A DNA stretch of 64,000 nt from Halarcobacter sp. (GCA_048571215.1 CP182352.1:3456001-3520000), one strand, 5' to 3'; counted from the stretch's first letter, positions 42,006 through 51,779 are shown. Program-made: numbers and translations. The notes: generated by a model not told the origin, from the letters alone.

Positions 42006-42943
42006 TGAAAAAAAGAGTATTAGTAACAGGTGGTGCTGGATTTTTAGGTTCACATCTTTGTAGAAGATTATTAGATGAGGGTAATGATGTTGTTTGCGTA
42101 GACAATTTTTTTACAGGGGATAAATTTAATATTATTGATTTACTTTCTCATCCATACTTTGAATTGATTCGTCACGATATAACTTTTCCTTTATATATTG
42201 AGGTGGATGAGATATATAATCTTGCTTGTCCTGCAAGTCCTATTCATTATCAATTTGACCCTGTACAAACTACCAAAACATCTGTTATTGGTGCTATAAA
42301 TATGTTAGGTTTATCAAAAAGAATTAAAGCAAAAATTTTACAAGCAAGTACTTCTGAAATTTATGGTGACCCAGAAATACATCCACAGCCTGAAAATTAT
42401 AAAGGTGCAGTAAATACCATAGGTCCAAGAGCATGTTATGATGAGGGGAAAAGGTGTGCTGAAACATTATTCTTTGATTATAATAGACAACATGGGGTTG
42501 ATATTAAAGTAGCTAGAATATTTAATACATATGGCCCAAATATGCATCCAAATGATGGAAGAGTTATAAGTAATTTTATTGTTCAGGCTTTAAATGATGA
42601 AGATATTACAATATATGGCAAAGGTGATCAAACTAGAAGTTTTTGTTATGTAGATGATTTAATAACTGGGTTAATAGATTTAATGAATAGTGAAAATTTT
42701 ACAGGTCCTGTTAATCTTGGAAATCCTCAGGAATTTACTATTTTGCAGTTAGCACAAAAAGTAATTGAGTTAACAAGTAGTTCTTCAAAATTGGTATTTA
42801 AAGAATTACCTCAAGATGATCCAATGCAACGAAAACCAGATATAACACTCGCAAAAGAAAAGTTAAATTTTAGTCCAACAATTGAGCTAGAAAGTGGTTT
42901 AGTAAAAACAATTGAATATTTTAGAAAAATTTTAAAAGGTTAA
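42005..42943 (+). CDS. UDP-glucuronate decarboxylase (UDP-xylose synthase)
   Basis: [38 protein letters not shown] and [10 protein letters not shown]. Confidence 0.95.
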   Translation: MKKRVLVTGGAGFLGSHLCRRLLDEGNDVVCVDNFFTGDKFNIIDLLSHPYFELIRHDITFPLYIEVDEIYNLACPASPIHYQFDPVQTTKTSVIGAINMLGLSKRIKAKILQASTSEIYGDPEIHPQPENYKGAVNTIGPRACYDEGKRCAETLFFDYNRQHGVDIKVARIFNTYGPNMHPNDGRVISNFIVQALNDEDITIYGKGDQTRSFCYVDDLITGLIDLMNSENFTGPVNLGNPQEFTILQLAQKVIELTSSSSKLVFKELPQDDPMQRKPDITLAKEKLNFSPTIELESGLVKTIEYFRKILKG

Positions 42944-42948
42944 TAAAA

Positions 42949-44052
42949 ATGTCAAGAGAATATAGAATAGAAGATATATCATATCAAGTATCAGACTATT
43001 GTCCAGGACCATGTAGATTTTGTTCTATGTGGAAACTTCCAAAAAGACAAGATGAAGAGCTTACAAGCGAAGAGTTAGATTCTATTTTTTCATCTAAATA
43101 TTTAGATTTGAAAAAAGTTCATATAACAGGTGGTGAACCACATTTAAGTGATAATTATTTTAGGGCTATTGATTCTATTGCTAAATTTCATCCTGATACA
43201 GTAATTGACTCACCAATTACTGGATGGTTCCCCGATAGACATGAAGAGATTGCAAAATATGCATTGAAAAAAATGGATTTAATTAGACTTGACATCTCTT
43301 TGGATGGAGATGAAGAGGTTAATGGTAAAATTAGATTACATAAAGATGGGTTTGCAAAATCTATAGAAACTATTGAAAGACTTAAAAAAATAAAAGGTGT
43401 AGCATTAAGACTTCAGTTTACAATTTATAAACAAAACTTACATCAAATTGAGTGGGCATATAATTTTGCTAAAGAGTTAGGAGTGGGACTTTATATAGGA
43501 TACGGTAGGTTTAATCCGGAGAGATACCGAAATGTCAAAGATAATTTAACTCAAAAAGAGCTTGCAAAAGATGATTTCTTTTTAACTGTTGAAGATAGAG
43601 CTGAGATAGATAGACAACTAAAAGCTATAGGGTATGATAAGAGTAGATATGCTTTTAAATATCAATTTCAAAAATCACTTTTTGATGGTAAACCATTTGA
43701 TATGAATTGTTATATGGGAAGTAGAAATGTTGATGTTGATCCATATGGAAATCTATATCCATGTCTTCTTTGGCTACCTTACTTAAAAATGGGGAATATT
43801 AGAGAAGATGGAGGTTTTGATCAAGCTTTAGAAAAAAATATTCATATTTTAGATAAAATTGAAAACAAAGAGTGCCAAAAAGATTGTTTATTTACTTGTG
43901 CAAATAAATGTGAGATAGTAAACTCTGATATTAAATCTGTGGGAATGATTCCATATAGTGGTGGTAAATATGGTTTTGTATTTAGTGAAAATGATTTAAT
44001 CCCTTTAAGACCTTGGTGGTATGATGAATATAAAGAGAAAGGTTTAATATAA
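42949..44052 (+). CDS. Radical SAM/SPASM-twitch protein
   Basis: CPGPCRFC, TGGEP and ISLDG; C-terminal CYMG...DPYGNLYPC...MGNI...CQKDCLFTC. Confidence 0.9.
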   Translation: MSREYRIEDISYQVSDYCPGPCRFCSMWKLPKRQDEELTSEELDSIFSSKYLDLKKVHITGGEPHLSDNYFRAIDSIAKFHPDTVIDSPITGWFPDRHEEIAKYALKKMDLIRLDISLDGDEEVNGKIRLHKDGFAKSIETIERLKKIKGVALRLQFTIYKQNLHQIEWAYNFAKELGVGLYIGYGRFNPERYRNVKDNLTQKELAKDDFFLTVEDRAEIDRQLKAIGYDKSRYAFKYQFQKSLFDGKPFDMNCYMGSRNVDVDPYGNLYPCLLWLPYLKMGNIREDGGFDQALEKNIHILDKIENKECQKDCLFTCANKCEIVNSDIKSVGMIPYSGGKYGFVFSENDLIPLRPWWYDEYKEKGLI

Positions 44053-44056
44053 ACTT

Positions 44057-45118
44057 ATGATATGGTTTGATCTAGTAACTCCAAAATCAGTATTATTTTT
44101 TATTCCTATAATAAAAGAGATAGAGCGTCGTGGTCGAAAAGTTTTAATTACTGCACGTGAGGGAGCTGGTTATTCTGAGGTAGTAGAGTTATTAAGACTA
44201 TATGAAATGAAGTTTGTTAACAGAGGGGAGTTTGGTGGAGCAGGGTTAAAAGATAAACTCCATGCTTCAATTGAGCGTCAAAAATCTCTTATGGAGTTTG
44301 TAACTTTATATGATATAAATAGACTGGTATGTTTATGTTCTGTAGATGCAAACAGGGTAGCTTTTGGATTGGGAATTCCTGTTGTTAATTTTTATGATAT
44401 TCCTTTATCTGATTATAATACAAATTTTAAAAAAGCTTTGCCTCAAGCTAGACTTACTTTGCCTTTATCCTCAAAGGTATTTAAACCTTTTGTTGTTCCA
44501 GATGAAATTTTTTTAAGATTTTCTTTAGATGAAGAGCAAATATTTGATTATAATTTTATAGATCCACTTATTTGGTTAAAAGATATTAAACCAGATTTCT
44601 CTTATGTAAAAGATGTATTGAAACCTTATGGTTTAAATTTAAATAAGAAGTTAATAATTATAAGGGAAGAGGAGTATAAATCTTCATATGTAGATAAAAA
44701 ATATCCTATCCTTTATGAAGTTTTAGAAGATATACAAAAGAAACATGATGCAAATATTGTAATTATTCCAAGATATGAGAGTAGTTATTTAAAAGAGGAA
44801 TTCCCATTTGCAACTATTTTAGAAGAAAAAGTTGTAATTCAACATCTATTAGCTTATGCTGATTTATTCATTGGAGGGGGAGGTACTTTAAACACTGAAG
44901 CATGTTTTTTCAATACTCCTACAATCTCTACAAGAAGTTTTATTTGTCATTATGATAAATATCAAATAGATAATGATTTAATGGTTTGGGTAAACTCTAA
45001 AGAGGAATTGCTTCTTCGTGTAGACGAGTTTATAAATAGAAAACAAAGAAAAAGAAAAAATATTTTTGATAGTATGAGTTTAGATATTTCAACTTTGACA
45101 GATCAGATACTTGCATAA
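44057..45118 (+). CDS. DUF354-family protein (predicted GT-B fold)
   Basis: MIWFDLVTPKSVLFF, ITARE, RVAFGLGIP and LFIGGGGTLNTEA. Confidence 0.8.
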   Translation: MIWFDLVTPKSVLFFIPIIKEIERRGRKVLITAREGAGYSEVVELLRLYEMKFVNRGEFGGAGLKDKLHASIERQKSLMEFVTLYDINRLVCLCSVDANRVAFGLGIPVVNFYDIPLSDYNTNFKKALPQARLTLPLSSKVFKPFVVPDEIFLRFSLDEEQIFDYNFIDPLIWLKDIKPDFSYVKDVLKPYGLNLNKKLIIIREEEYKSSYVDKKYPILYEVLEDIQKKHDANIVIIPRYESSYLKEEFPFATILEEKVVIQHLLAYADLFIGGGGTLNTEACFFNTPTISTRSFICHYDKYQIDNDLMVWVNSKEELLLRVDEFINRKQRKRKNIFDSMSLDISTLTDQILA

Positions 45119-45127
45119 AGGAAACAA

Positions 45128-47185
45128 ATGTCTTTAGAAAAATCCCAAGAACAATTGCAAAAAATATTAATAGAAACTTATTTTTCAAATTTAGAGTTTT
45201 TAAAACAATTTGATAAAAACCTTTTTAATAGAGTAGAGCAGCTATCTTCAGTGATTAATAGTGGACTTTATCCTGAAAGATATTTTTTAGAATTTATTCA
45301 AGATGTTGGAGAGTTTGATATTTATGATTCCCATACAAAAGAATATTTATATAAAAAAAATCCTAAAAAGATTAACCATAAATTAGTAAATGATATAAAA
45401 CTTGATAAGAGTTCATATTTTTCTTCGATGTTAACTGAACCATATGATTTAAAGTTAGAATCTAAAGAGATTAATATGGATTATGAGACATATGAAGATA
45501 TAGAGTATTTAATAGTTAATGATATGAAAAAATTTACCCAAATATTAAAAGATGACACTTTAAGTAGTAAATCATATAAATATGTAGAAAAATTTATTTT
45601 TATGGGAACACTTTTAGGTAGACATATTTTAGATGCTCACAAAAAAATAAAAGCAAAAAGCTATTTTATTTGCGAAGATAATTTAGAAGTTTTTAGATTA
45701 TCTTTGTTTGTTATAAATTATGTAGAAGTTTATAGGGATTCAAAGTTAACTCTTTCAATAATGGATGATGAAAATATTTTTATAACAAAATATCAACTCT
45801 TTTTAGAGCAAAATCCAGATGAAAACTATTATATAAAATATTGCACAACAAATTACAATGTTTCATCAATGATGCAAAGGGTGATTTCAACGATGTATAA
45901 AACAAATCCAATGGTATTTGATTATACAAGGGTATTGTATAACTTGGTAAAGTTAACTTCCCAACGAGTAAATAAAGATAATATATTAACTATCTCTAAA
46001 AAAAGAGATAGTTTTAATTTTGCTGAAGGTAAACCTGTGATATTTGTTGCTGCAGGACCATCTTTGCAAGATAATATTTCATGGCTTAAATCAAATCAAA
46101 ATAAATTTATTGTTGTTGCTATTGGTGCTTCTTATAAAATGTTATTAAAAAATGGAATTACACCAGATATAATAAGTACTATTGAACCAAGTTTTAGAGA
46201 CTTGAAAAAATTTCATTTTACAGATGAAGACTTAGAGAAATTACAAGAAACAATTATTTTAGCTTCTGTTATTACACCTGAACAATTAACAAATAAATTT
46301 AATAAAGAAAAAGTTTTTTATTTTGAAATAAATAATTCATTTAAAAGTAACTCAACACCATATAAAGGGTATAGTGTAGGAGAACTTACTGTAGCAATCT
46401 TATTACATTTAGGTATAGAAAAACTATATTTGTTGGGTACTGACTTGGCAATTAATTCAAAAACTGGGGAAACTCATTTCTCTGATTATAAAGATTTAGA
46501 AAAAAAAGATATAAAAGAGAAAGACTCTAATAAATCATTGAAGACAACAAAAACAACTTTTAAAGATGATTTGGTTCCTGTAAAAGGAAACTTTAATGAT
46601 GAAGTTTTAACCACCCGCATATTTATAATGTCTATTTTTGCTTATATGCAAATTTTACAAGAGTTTAAAAAAGAAAATCAAAAAGTAATTAACCTCTCTG
46701 ATCATGGAGCATATTTAGAAGGAACTATCCCATTAAAAATAGAAGAGTTAGACTTAACAAACAATGAAAATATAGATAAAAAAGTTTTAAATAATTTTTT
46801 AGTTGAAAAGCTAAATGAAGTTAGTGAAAATAGATTGACACAAGAAGAGTTAGAAGGGGTAAAAAAAGAGATAGCATATTTTGATAATTTAGTTTTTGAG
46901 TTGAAAAATGACTTATCAAGAGATATTAATAGTTTTAAGGATTTAAAATCATTAATGTATGATACGGAACAGAGTATTAAAAAAATAGGTTATCCCACAC
47001 TTATGAACTATCTTATGGAACAGTATTCAAAATTTGCAAATCTTTATATATGCTATCATTTTAATGACAAGAAATTAAAAAATGAGTTTAAGAAGATTAA
47101 AGCTGTAAAAGAGGTATGGCTAAAACAAGTTATTAATTTATTAGAACAATATCTTAAGTATTTGAAAAATATGATTGATTCTTAA
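45128..47185 (+). CDS. Motility-associated factor (Maf, DUF115) flagellin glycosyltransferase
   Basis: FIFMGTLLGRH, VFRLSLF, VAAGPSL, GITPDI and YLLGTDLA...GETH; adjacent to the flagellins. Confidence 0.88.
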   Translation: MSLEKSQEQLQKILIETYFSNLEFLKQFDKNLFNRVEQLSSVINSGLYPERYFLEFIQDVGEFDIYDSHTKEYLYKKNPKKINHKLVNDIKLDKSSYFSSMLTEPYDLKLESKEINMDYETYEDIEYLIVNDMKKFTQILKDDTLSSKSYKYVEKFIFMGTLLGRHILDAHKKIKAKSYFICEDNLEVFRLSLFVINYVEVYRDSKLTLSIMDDENIFITKYQLFLEQNPDENYYIKYCTTNYNVSSMMQRVISTMYKTNPMVFDYTRVLYNLVKLTSQRVNKDNILTISKKRDSFNFAEGKPVIFVAAGPSLQDNISWLKSNQNKFIVVAIGASYKMLLKNGITPDIISTIEPSFRDLKKFHFTDEDLEKLQETIILASVITPEQLTNKFNKEKVFYFEINNSFKSNSTPYKGYSVGELTVAILLHLGIEKLYLLGTDLAINSKTGETHFSDYKDLEKKDIKEKDSNKSLKTTKTTFKDDLVPVKGNFNDEVLTTRIFIMSIFAYMQILQEFKKENQKVINLSDHGAYLEGTIPLKIEELDLTNNENIDKKVLNNFLVEKLNEVSENRLTQEELEGVKKEIAYFDNLVFELKNDLSRDINSFKDLKSLMYDTEQSIKKIGYPTLMNYLMEQYSKFANLYICYHFNDKKLKNEFKKIKAVKEVWLKQVINLLEQYLKYLKNMIDS

Positions 47186-48990
47186 GTTAGTATTTTTATT
47201 AAGTAATCAATCACTTCTAATCTTTGTTTATGAAATATATTTATATTGTTTTTTTGTTTTGTAGCTTTGAAATAAGGACTTACGAGTTTTTCAAACTTGA
47301 TTAAAATATTTAAAACTATAGACTCTGGGTATTCTTTTTTTAAGTTTACTAATATTATATCAAACTCTTTTTCATCACTTTTTTTTAGTTCTTTAAGTAA
47401 AACTATCTCTTTTTTACAATTTTCTATACTTGCTTTACCAAGTTTACTTATGGATTGAGAATTTAATTCCTTGGTTAAAGTTTTTTGTATTGATGACTTG
47501 TCTTCTATTTTTTTATTTTTGATAGTATCTATTTTTGTAGGGATACAATTTTTAAGATAAGCTCCATCAGATAAGTTAAAAACCTTTTTATTTATTGTTT
47601 TTGATAGAGTTTCAAATCTATCAATAATCTCTTTAAAGGCCAAGCTAGTATCTACAGTTTTTTTAAAGTTACCTTTGATTTTTATTAGTGTAGTTTTATA
47701 GTCTGAACTATTTTGCATATTTTCAAGTTGTATATTTTGTTGGTGCAAGGAGTCATGTGAATTTAGGGTATTTGAATATGCAGCATCAATTCCTAATAGA
47801 TATAAAGATGAAAAATTAAATATAGAGGCTATCTCAAACATACAATCACCAACAGATACAGGATAAAAGCTTTTTACTTCTTTTATGAAATTAATTGAAA
47901 TCTCAATCATATAAGTTTTTGAAGATAGTATTCTCTCAATAACTAGTCTATTAGTTTTGGAAGATACAAGAATGGTACTTGTTTCATAAAACTTTTTATC
48001 AACATTAAACTGCTCTAATATCTCCTTTTTTTTCTTATCTATACAAACAACCATATCTGGAACTACATCAAGAAAAGCTAATCTTTTCAGTGCAGCAGAA
48101 GCACATATAATATAAAAGTTTTTGTGGTGTTTTTTTATAAACTCTTGATATTTTTCCAAAGATGGACCTGCCCCAAGAATCAGTGCAGGTATGTTTTTTT
48201 TCTCAAAGTTATCTTTAAAAGATATAAATGGAATTTGTGTATGGTTTAGATTATACAAAGCTCTTTTTATATTTATAATATCTTCTGAATAAACATCAAT
48301 AAATGGATTTTTGGAAATCAACAAATTTTTAAGTAAAGATATTAAATCAATATACTCTTCGCTTGCAAGTTCAAATTTTATTAAATTGTTATCTTGATAT
48401 TTATATTCTAAGAACTCTTCTACCGTTTGGCTTAACTCTTTTTGATTTTCTTCTATTGAAAAAAATAGTTTTGATGTTTTTGCAATTTCTGTATAATCTG
48501 TTAGAAATAAACTTAATCTAAATATTTCAATATTAGGTTCAACAATTAAATAAGTTGATTGTTTTTCAATTCTATGAATATCATTTAGATGTACTCCTAA
48601 CAATGTCCCAATAAAAATAAATTTTTTATTACTATTTGTTTCTATTTTATTTAAATAAGTATGAACAAGTGAATGTCCTGATAATTCATCACTATCATTA
48701 AGATTTTTATCATCTATAGAATCAACTATAATTTTAAAATAAGCGTTTGAACTTTTAATAGATTCAGCTCTACATTTTGCATCATAAAAGGGATCACAGT
48801 TATACACCTTTTTATTTTTAATATATAGTTCAAAGTGGTTGTTCTCAAAATTAATATAACTATTCTCAATACCTTTTTTTTCAAAATCATATATTTTTTT
48901 ATAAATCAATGGATAGTTTATTTTTAGGTATGTAGTATTTTGTTGATAAATTTCTAATAGGGTATTTTGTAGATTATTTAAATCATTCAT
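47182..48990 (-). CDS. Second Maf (DUF115) flagellin glycosyltransferase
   Basis: FIFIGTLLGVH, EPNIEIFRLSLF, LGAGPSL, PD and YLLGIDAAY; convergent with the first Maf, sharing TTAA at the stops. Confidence 0.88.
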   Translation of the reverse strand: MNDLNNLQNTLLEIYQQNTTYLKINYPLIYKKIYDFEKKGIENSYINFENNHFELYIKNKKVYNCDPFYDAKCRAESIKSSNAYFKIIVDSIDDKNLNDSDELSGHSLVHTYLNKIETNSNKKFIFIGTLLGVHLNDIHRIEKQSTYLIVEPNIEIFRLSLFLTDYTEIAKTSKLFFSIEENQKELSQTVEEFLEYKYQDNNLIKFELASEEYIDLISLLKNLLISKNPFIDVYSEDIINIKRALYNLNHTQIPFISFKDNFEKKNIPALILGAGPSLEKYQEFIKKHHKNFYIICASAALKRLAFLDVVPDMVVCIDKKKKEILEQFNVDKKFYETSTILVSSKTNRLVIERILSSKTYMIEISINFIKEVKSFYPVSVGDCMFEIASIFNFSSLYLLGIDAAYSNTLNSHDSLHQQNIQLENMQNSSDYKTTLIKIKGNFKKTVDTSLAFKEIIDRFETLSKTINKKVFNLSDGAYLKNCIPTKIDTIKNKKIEDKSSIQKTLTKELNSQSISKLGKASIENCKKEIVLLKELKKSDEKEFDIILVNLKKEYPESIVLNILIKFEKLVSPYFKATKQKNNINIFHKQRLEVIDYLIKILT

Positions 48991-49078
48991 CTTCTCTCTT
49001 TTAATTAATTGATTATAATGAGAGTAATATTAAATAAAGGTTAGTTAGTTTTTTTTGATTGATATAGGAAGTTGAGAT

Positions 49079-49116
49079 ATGTAGTTAGCAGTAACTTAAA
49101 GTTACTACTACTACAT
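49079..49116 (-). terminator. Long 3' hairpin after flagellin 1
   Basis: Minus-strand AUGUAGUAGUAGUAACU-UUA-AGUUACUGCUAACUACAU, with one G-U pair and one bulge. No clean U-tract follows. Confidence 0.65.
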
Positions 49117-49129
49117 GAAAGGATTATTA

Positions 49130-49978
49130 CTATTGTAATAATCTTAAAACATTTTGTTGTGTATTGTTAGCTTGCGAAATAGCATAAGATCCCGCTTGCG
49201 AAATAATGTTTTGTTTATTGAAATTAGCTGATTCTTGCGCATAATCAACATCTCTAATGATAGACTCGGCTGCTTTAACATTTGTAGCTTGAGTCATAAG
49301 GTTTCTAACTGCAGATTCAACTTGATTTTGAGTAGAACCTATCTCCCCTCTATTACTATTAAGAGTAGTAATAGCAGAATCAATAACTGTTTGTTGAGAA
49401 GCAGCAAGAGTTTTACTAATACCACCAGCATCAACAGAAGTTTTTAAAGTAGCTAAACTTAATCCGCCTGTATTTGACTGAATTGCAGCAGTTGAAATAG
49501 TATCAGATGAAGTTTCTCCAATTTGGAAATTTAATCCAGCAGTTGCAGCAGAAGAAGTTGCACTAGATTGTAAAAGATACGTACCATTGTAGTTTGTTTG
49601 TGACGCAATATTATTTAACTGAGTAAGTAATTTACTAACATCATCGGCAATAGCATTTCTACCAGCAGTAGAAGTTGTATCAGTGTTTGCTTGAATCAAT
49701 TTAGCTTTGATAGTATCTAAGATATTAGATTGTTCTGACATAGATTTATCAGCGATTTGAAGTAAAGCAACAGCTGAATTACCATTGTCAACAGCTTGGT
49801 TAATAGATGAAGCTTGTGTTCTTAATTTATCTGCAATAGCAAGACCAGAAGCATCATCTGACGCTTTATTGATTCTAAGACCTGAACTTAATTTTTCTAA
49901 CGAATTTTTGATATTAAAATTCGTATTACTTGCACTTTCTTGTGCAGTTAATGATGAAACATTTGTATTAATTCTCAT
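49130..49978 (-). CDS. Flagellin 1 (282 aa)
   Basis: MRINTN, LEKLSSGLRINKASDDASGL, IRDVDYA and NVLRLLQ. Start is ATG 49978, after AAAGGA. Confidence 0.97.
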   Translation of the reverse strand: MRINTNVSSLTAQESASNTNFNIKNSLEKLSSGLRINKASDDASGLAIADKLRTQASSINQAVDNGNSAVALLQIADKSMSEQSNILDTIKAKLIQANTDTTSTAGRNAIADDVSKLLTQLNNIASQTNYNGTYLLQSSATSSAATAGLNFQIGETSSDTISTAAIQSNTGGLSLATLKTSVDAGGISKTLAASQQTVIDSAITTLNSNRGEIGSTQNQVESAVRNLMTQATNVKAAESIIRDVDYAQESANFNKQNIISQAGSYAISQANNTQQNVLRLLQ

Positions 49979-50090
49979 AATAGATCCTTTCTTATTATGA
50001 CACAATGTAAATATAATTTATATTTACTCCTAAAACATTCTTGTTTTATCAAGCATGGAGAACAAGTCTCCTCGGAATCCATTGATCCCT
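49979..50090 (-). promoter_or_regulatory. Structured 5' leader of flagellin 1 (four hairpins plus RBS)
   Basis: Inverted repeats at 50074-50089, 50057-50071, 50040-50053 and 50007-50027, conserved with compensatory changes in the flagellin 2 leader. Confidence 0.7.
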
Positions 50091-50098
50091 ACACTGAA

Positions 50099-50132
50099 AT
50101 TATGACACTATTAAACTTAAAATTAGATTAAA
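50099..50132 (-). promoter_or_regulatory. Sigma70-type promoter of flagellin 1
   Basis: Minus-strand TTTAATCTAATTTTAAG-N8-TGTCATAAT; the same architecture is found upstream of flagellin 2. Confidence 0.6.
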
Positions 50133-50281
50133 TTTATAAAAAATCAAGAAATGGATAAAATTATTTAAAATATTTTGAATTTAATTTCTAAGAGAGAGAT
50201 TTCATTTATACTATATTATCGTATTTATATACTTAAAATTAGATTAATTAAGTATATAAATAGAAATGGTAAAAATTATTA
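50115..50281. repeat. Imperfect direct repeat of about 50 bp (duplicated promoter module)
   Basis: acttaaaattagattaa is identical at 50115-50131 and 50231-50247; each copy is followed by agaaatgg..aaaattatt. Confidence 0.65.
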
Positions 50282-50383
50282 TTTTAATATAGTCAAATTA
50301 TTGATTTTAGTTGGATATATAAAAGTAGTTATATAAATATTGATATTTAAACTTGGAGAAAAAAATCTTTACATAAAAATACA

Positions 50384-50410
50384 TAAAGTAGTAGTAAACC
50401 TACTACTTTA
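50384..50410 (-). terminator. Intrinsic terminator of flagellin 2
   Basis: Perfect 11-bp inverted repeat UAAAGUAGUAG-GUUUA-CUACUACUUUA followed by UGUAUUUUU. Confidence 0.75.
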
Positions 50411-50479
50411 AGCATTTTTGTAATAATCTTAATAGAAATGCAATCTAAGTAAATAAATTTACTACTGCTAGATTACTTC

Positions 50480-51328
50480 TTATTGAAGTAATCTAAGAAC
50501 GTTTTGAGCGGTATTGTTAGCCTGCGAAATAGCATAAGATCCCGCTTGCGAAATAATGTTTTGTTTATTGAAATTAGCTGATTCTTTTGCATAATCAACA
50601 TCTCTAATGATAGACTCGGCTGCTTTAACATTTGTAGATTGAGTCATAAGGTTTCTAACTGCAGATTCAACTTGATTTTGAGTAGAACCTATCTCCCCTC
50701 TATTACTATTAAGAGTAGTAATAGCAGAATCAATAACTGTTTGTTGAGAAGCAGCAAGAGTTTTACTAATACCACCAGCATCAACAGAAGTTTTTAAAGT
50801 AGCTAAACTTAATCCTGTTGTATTTGACTGAATTGCAGCAGTTGAAATAGTATCAGATGAAGTTTCTCCAATTTGGAAATTTAATCCAGCAGTTGCAGCA
50901 GAAGAAGTTGCACTAGATTGTAAAAGATACATACCATTGTAGTTTGTTTGTGACGCAATATTATTTAACTGAGTAAGTAATTTACTAACATCATCGGCAA
51001 TAGCATTTCTACCAGCAGTAGAAGTTGTATCAGTGTTTGCTTGAATCAATTTAGCTTTGATAGTATCTAAGATATTAGATTGTTCTGACATAGATTTATC
51101 AGCGATTTGAAGTAAAGCAACAGCTGAATTACCATTGTCAACAGCTTGGTTAATAGATGTAGCTTGTGTTCTTAATTTATCTGCAATAGCAAGACCAGAA
51201 GCATCATCTGACGCTTTATTAATTTTAAGACCTGAACTTAATTTTTCTAACGAATTTTTAATGTTAAAATTTGTGTTAGCAGCAGCTTCCTGCGCATTTA
51301 ATGATGATATATTTGTATTAATTCTCAT
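50480..51328 (-). CDS. Flagellin 2 (282 aa)
   Basis: Same flagellin terminal motifs as flagellin 1. Start is ATG 51328, after AAAGGA. Confidence 0.97.
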   Translation of the reverse strand: MRINTNISSLNAQEAAANTNFNIKNSLEKLSSGLKINKASDDASGLAIADKLRTQATSINQAVDNGNSAVALLQIADKSMSEQSNILDTIKAKLIQANTDTTSTAGRNAIADDVSKLLTQLNNIASQTNYNGMYLLQSSATSSAATAGLNFQIGETSSDTISTAAIQSNTTGLSLATLKTSVDAGGISKTLAASQQTVIDSAITTLNSNRGEIGSTQNQVESAVRNLMTQSTNVKAAESIIRDVDYAKESANFNKQNIISQAGSYAISQANNTAQNVLRLLQ

Positions 51329-51442
51329 AATAGATCCTTTCTTATTATGACACAATGTAAATATAATTTATATCTACGCCTTAAAACCTTCTTGAAAAAA
51401 TCAAGCATAGAGAGAAAATCTCTTCGGAAGCCATTGCTCCCT
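51329..51442 (-). promoter_or_regulatory. Structured 5' leader of flagellin 2 (four hairpins plus RBS)
   Basis: Inverted repeats at 51426-51441, 51409-51423, 51391-51405 and 51357-51377. Confidence 0.7.
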
Positions 51443-51456
51443 AAAGTTATAATGTA

Positions 51457-51490
51457 ATTATTACACACCAATTCTTAATATTAGTTTAAA
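51457..51490 (-). promoter_or_regulatory. Sigma70-type promoter of flagellin 2
   Basis: Minus-strand TTTAAACTAATATTAAG-N8-TGTAATAAT. Confidence 0.55.
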
Positions 51491-51680
51491 TATATTATAG
51501 TTACTGAAATATTTTTATATTTTGTATTAAAATAAAAATTATTCTATAATAAAGAAAACATATGTTTTGTATGTAGTAGTGAAAACTAGTGCTATAAGAG
51601 TTATTTTAAAATTTTTGATTGATTTAGATTACTTTTTATTAAAGTAGTCCAAGAATATTGTGACAGCAATGTATAAAGTA

Positions 51681-51705
51681 AAAGTAGCAGTTCTGCTGCT
51701 ACTTT
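51681..51705 (-). terminator. Intrinsic terminator of flagellin 3
   Basis: Perfect 10-bp inverted repeat AAAGUAGCAG-CAGAA-CUGCUACUUU followed by UACUUUA; homologous to the flagellin 2 terminator with a U-A to C-G covariation. Confidence 0.75.
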
Positions 51706-51779
51706 AATGATTATTATAATAATTTAAGAACGTTTTCAAGGAAACATTCTGCGTAGCTTACGCTACTAGTCCTAGATTA

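Noticed and set aside
14200..44052. RiPP cluster interpretation of the radical SAM/SPASM genes
   Set aside because: There is no precursor peptide, RRE/PqqD domain, protease or exporter. Intergenic gaps are too small for peptides, and the neighbouring genes are sugar enzymes.
9700..47185. O-antigen or capsule locus interpretation
   Set aside because: No flippase, polymerase, chain-length regulator, ABC exporter or initiating phosphoglycosyltransferase is seen, and the operon ends in maf beside the flagellins. Shared use of the sugars by LPS cannot be excluded.
49979..50005. N-terminal extension MCHNKKGSI on flagellins 1 and 2 in the ORF track (also 51329-51355)
   Set aside because: It runs through the AAAGGA RBS from a TTG. 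The ATG of MRINTN gives 282 aa, matching flagellin 3.
49979..50090. c-di-GMP or other known riboswitch in the flagellin leader
   Set aside because: I could not match the consensus of any riboswitch I know; an Rfam search is needed to settle it.
51711..51779. Stop-codon read-through extending flagellin 3 to the in-frame ENVLKLL echo
   Set aside because: TAG is immediately followed by TAA, and the flagellin 2 echo is out of frame.
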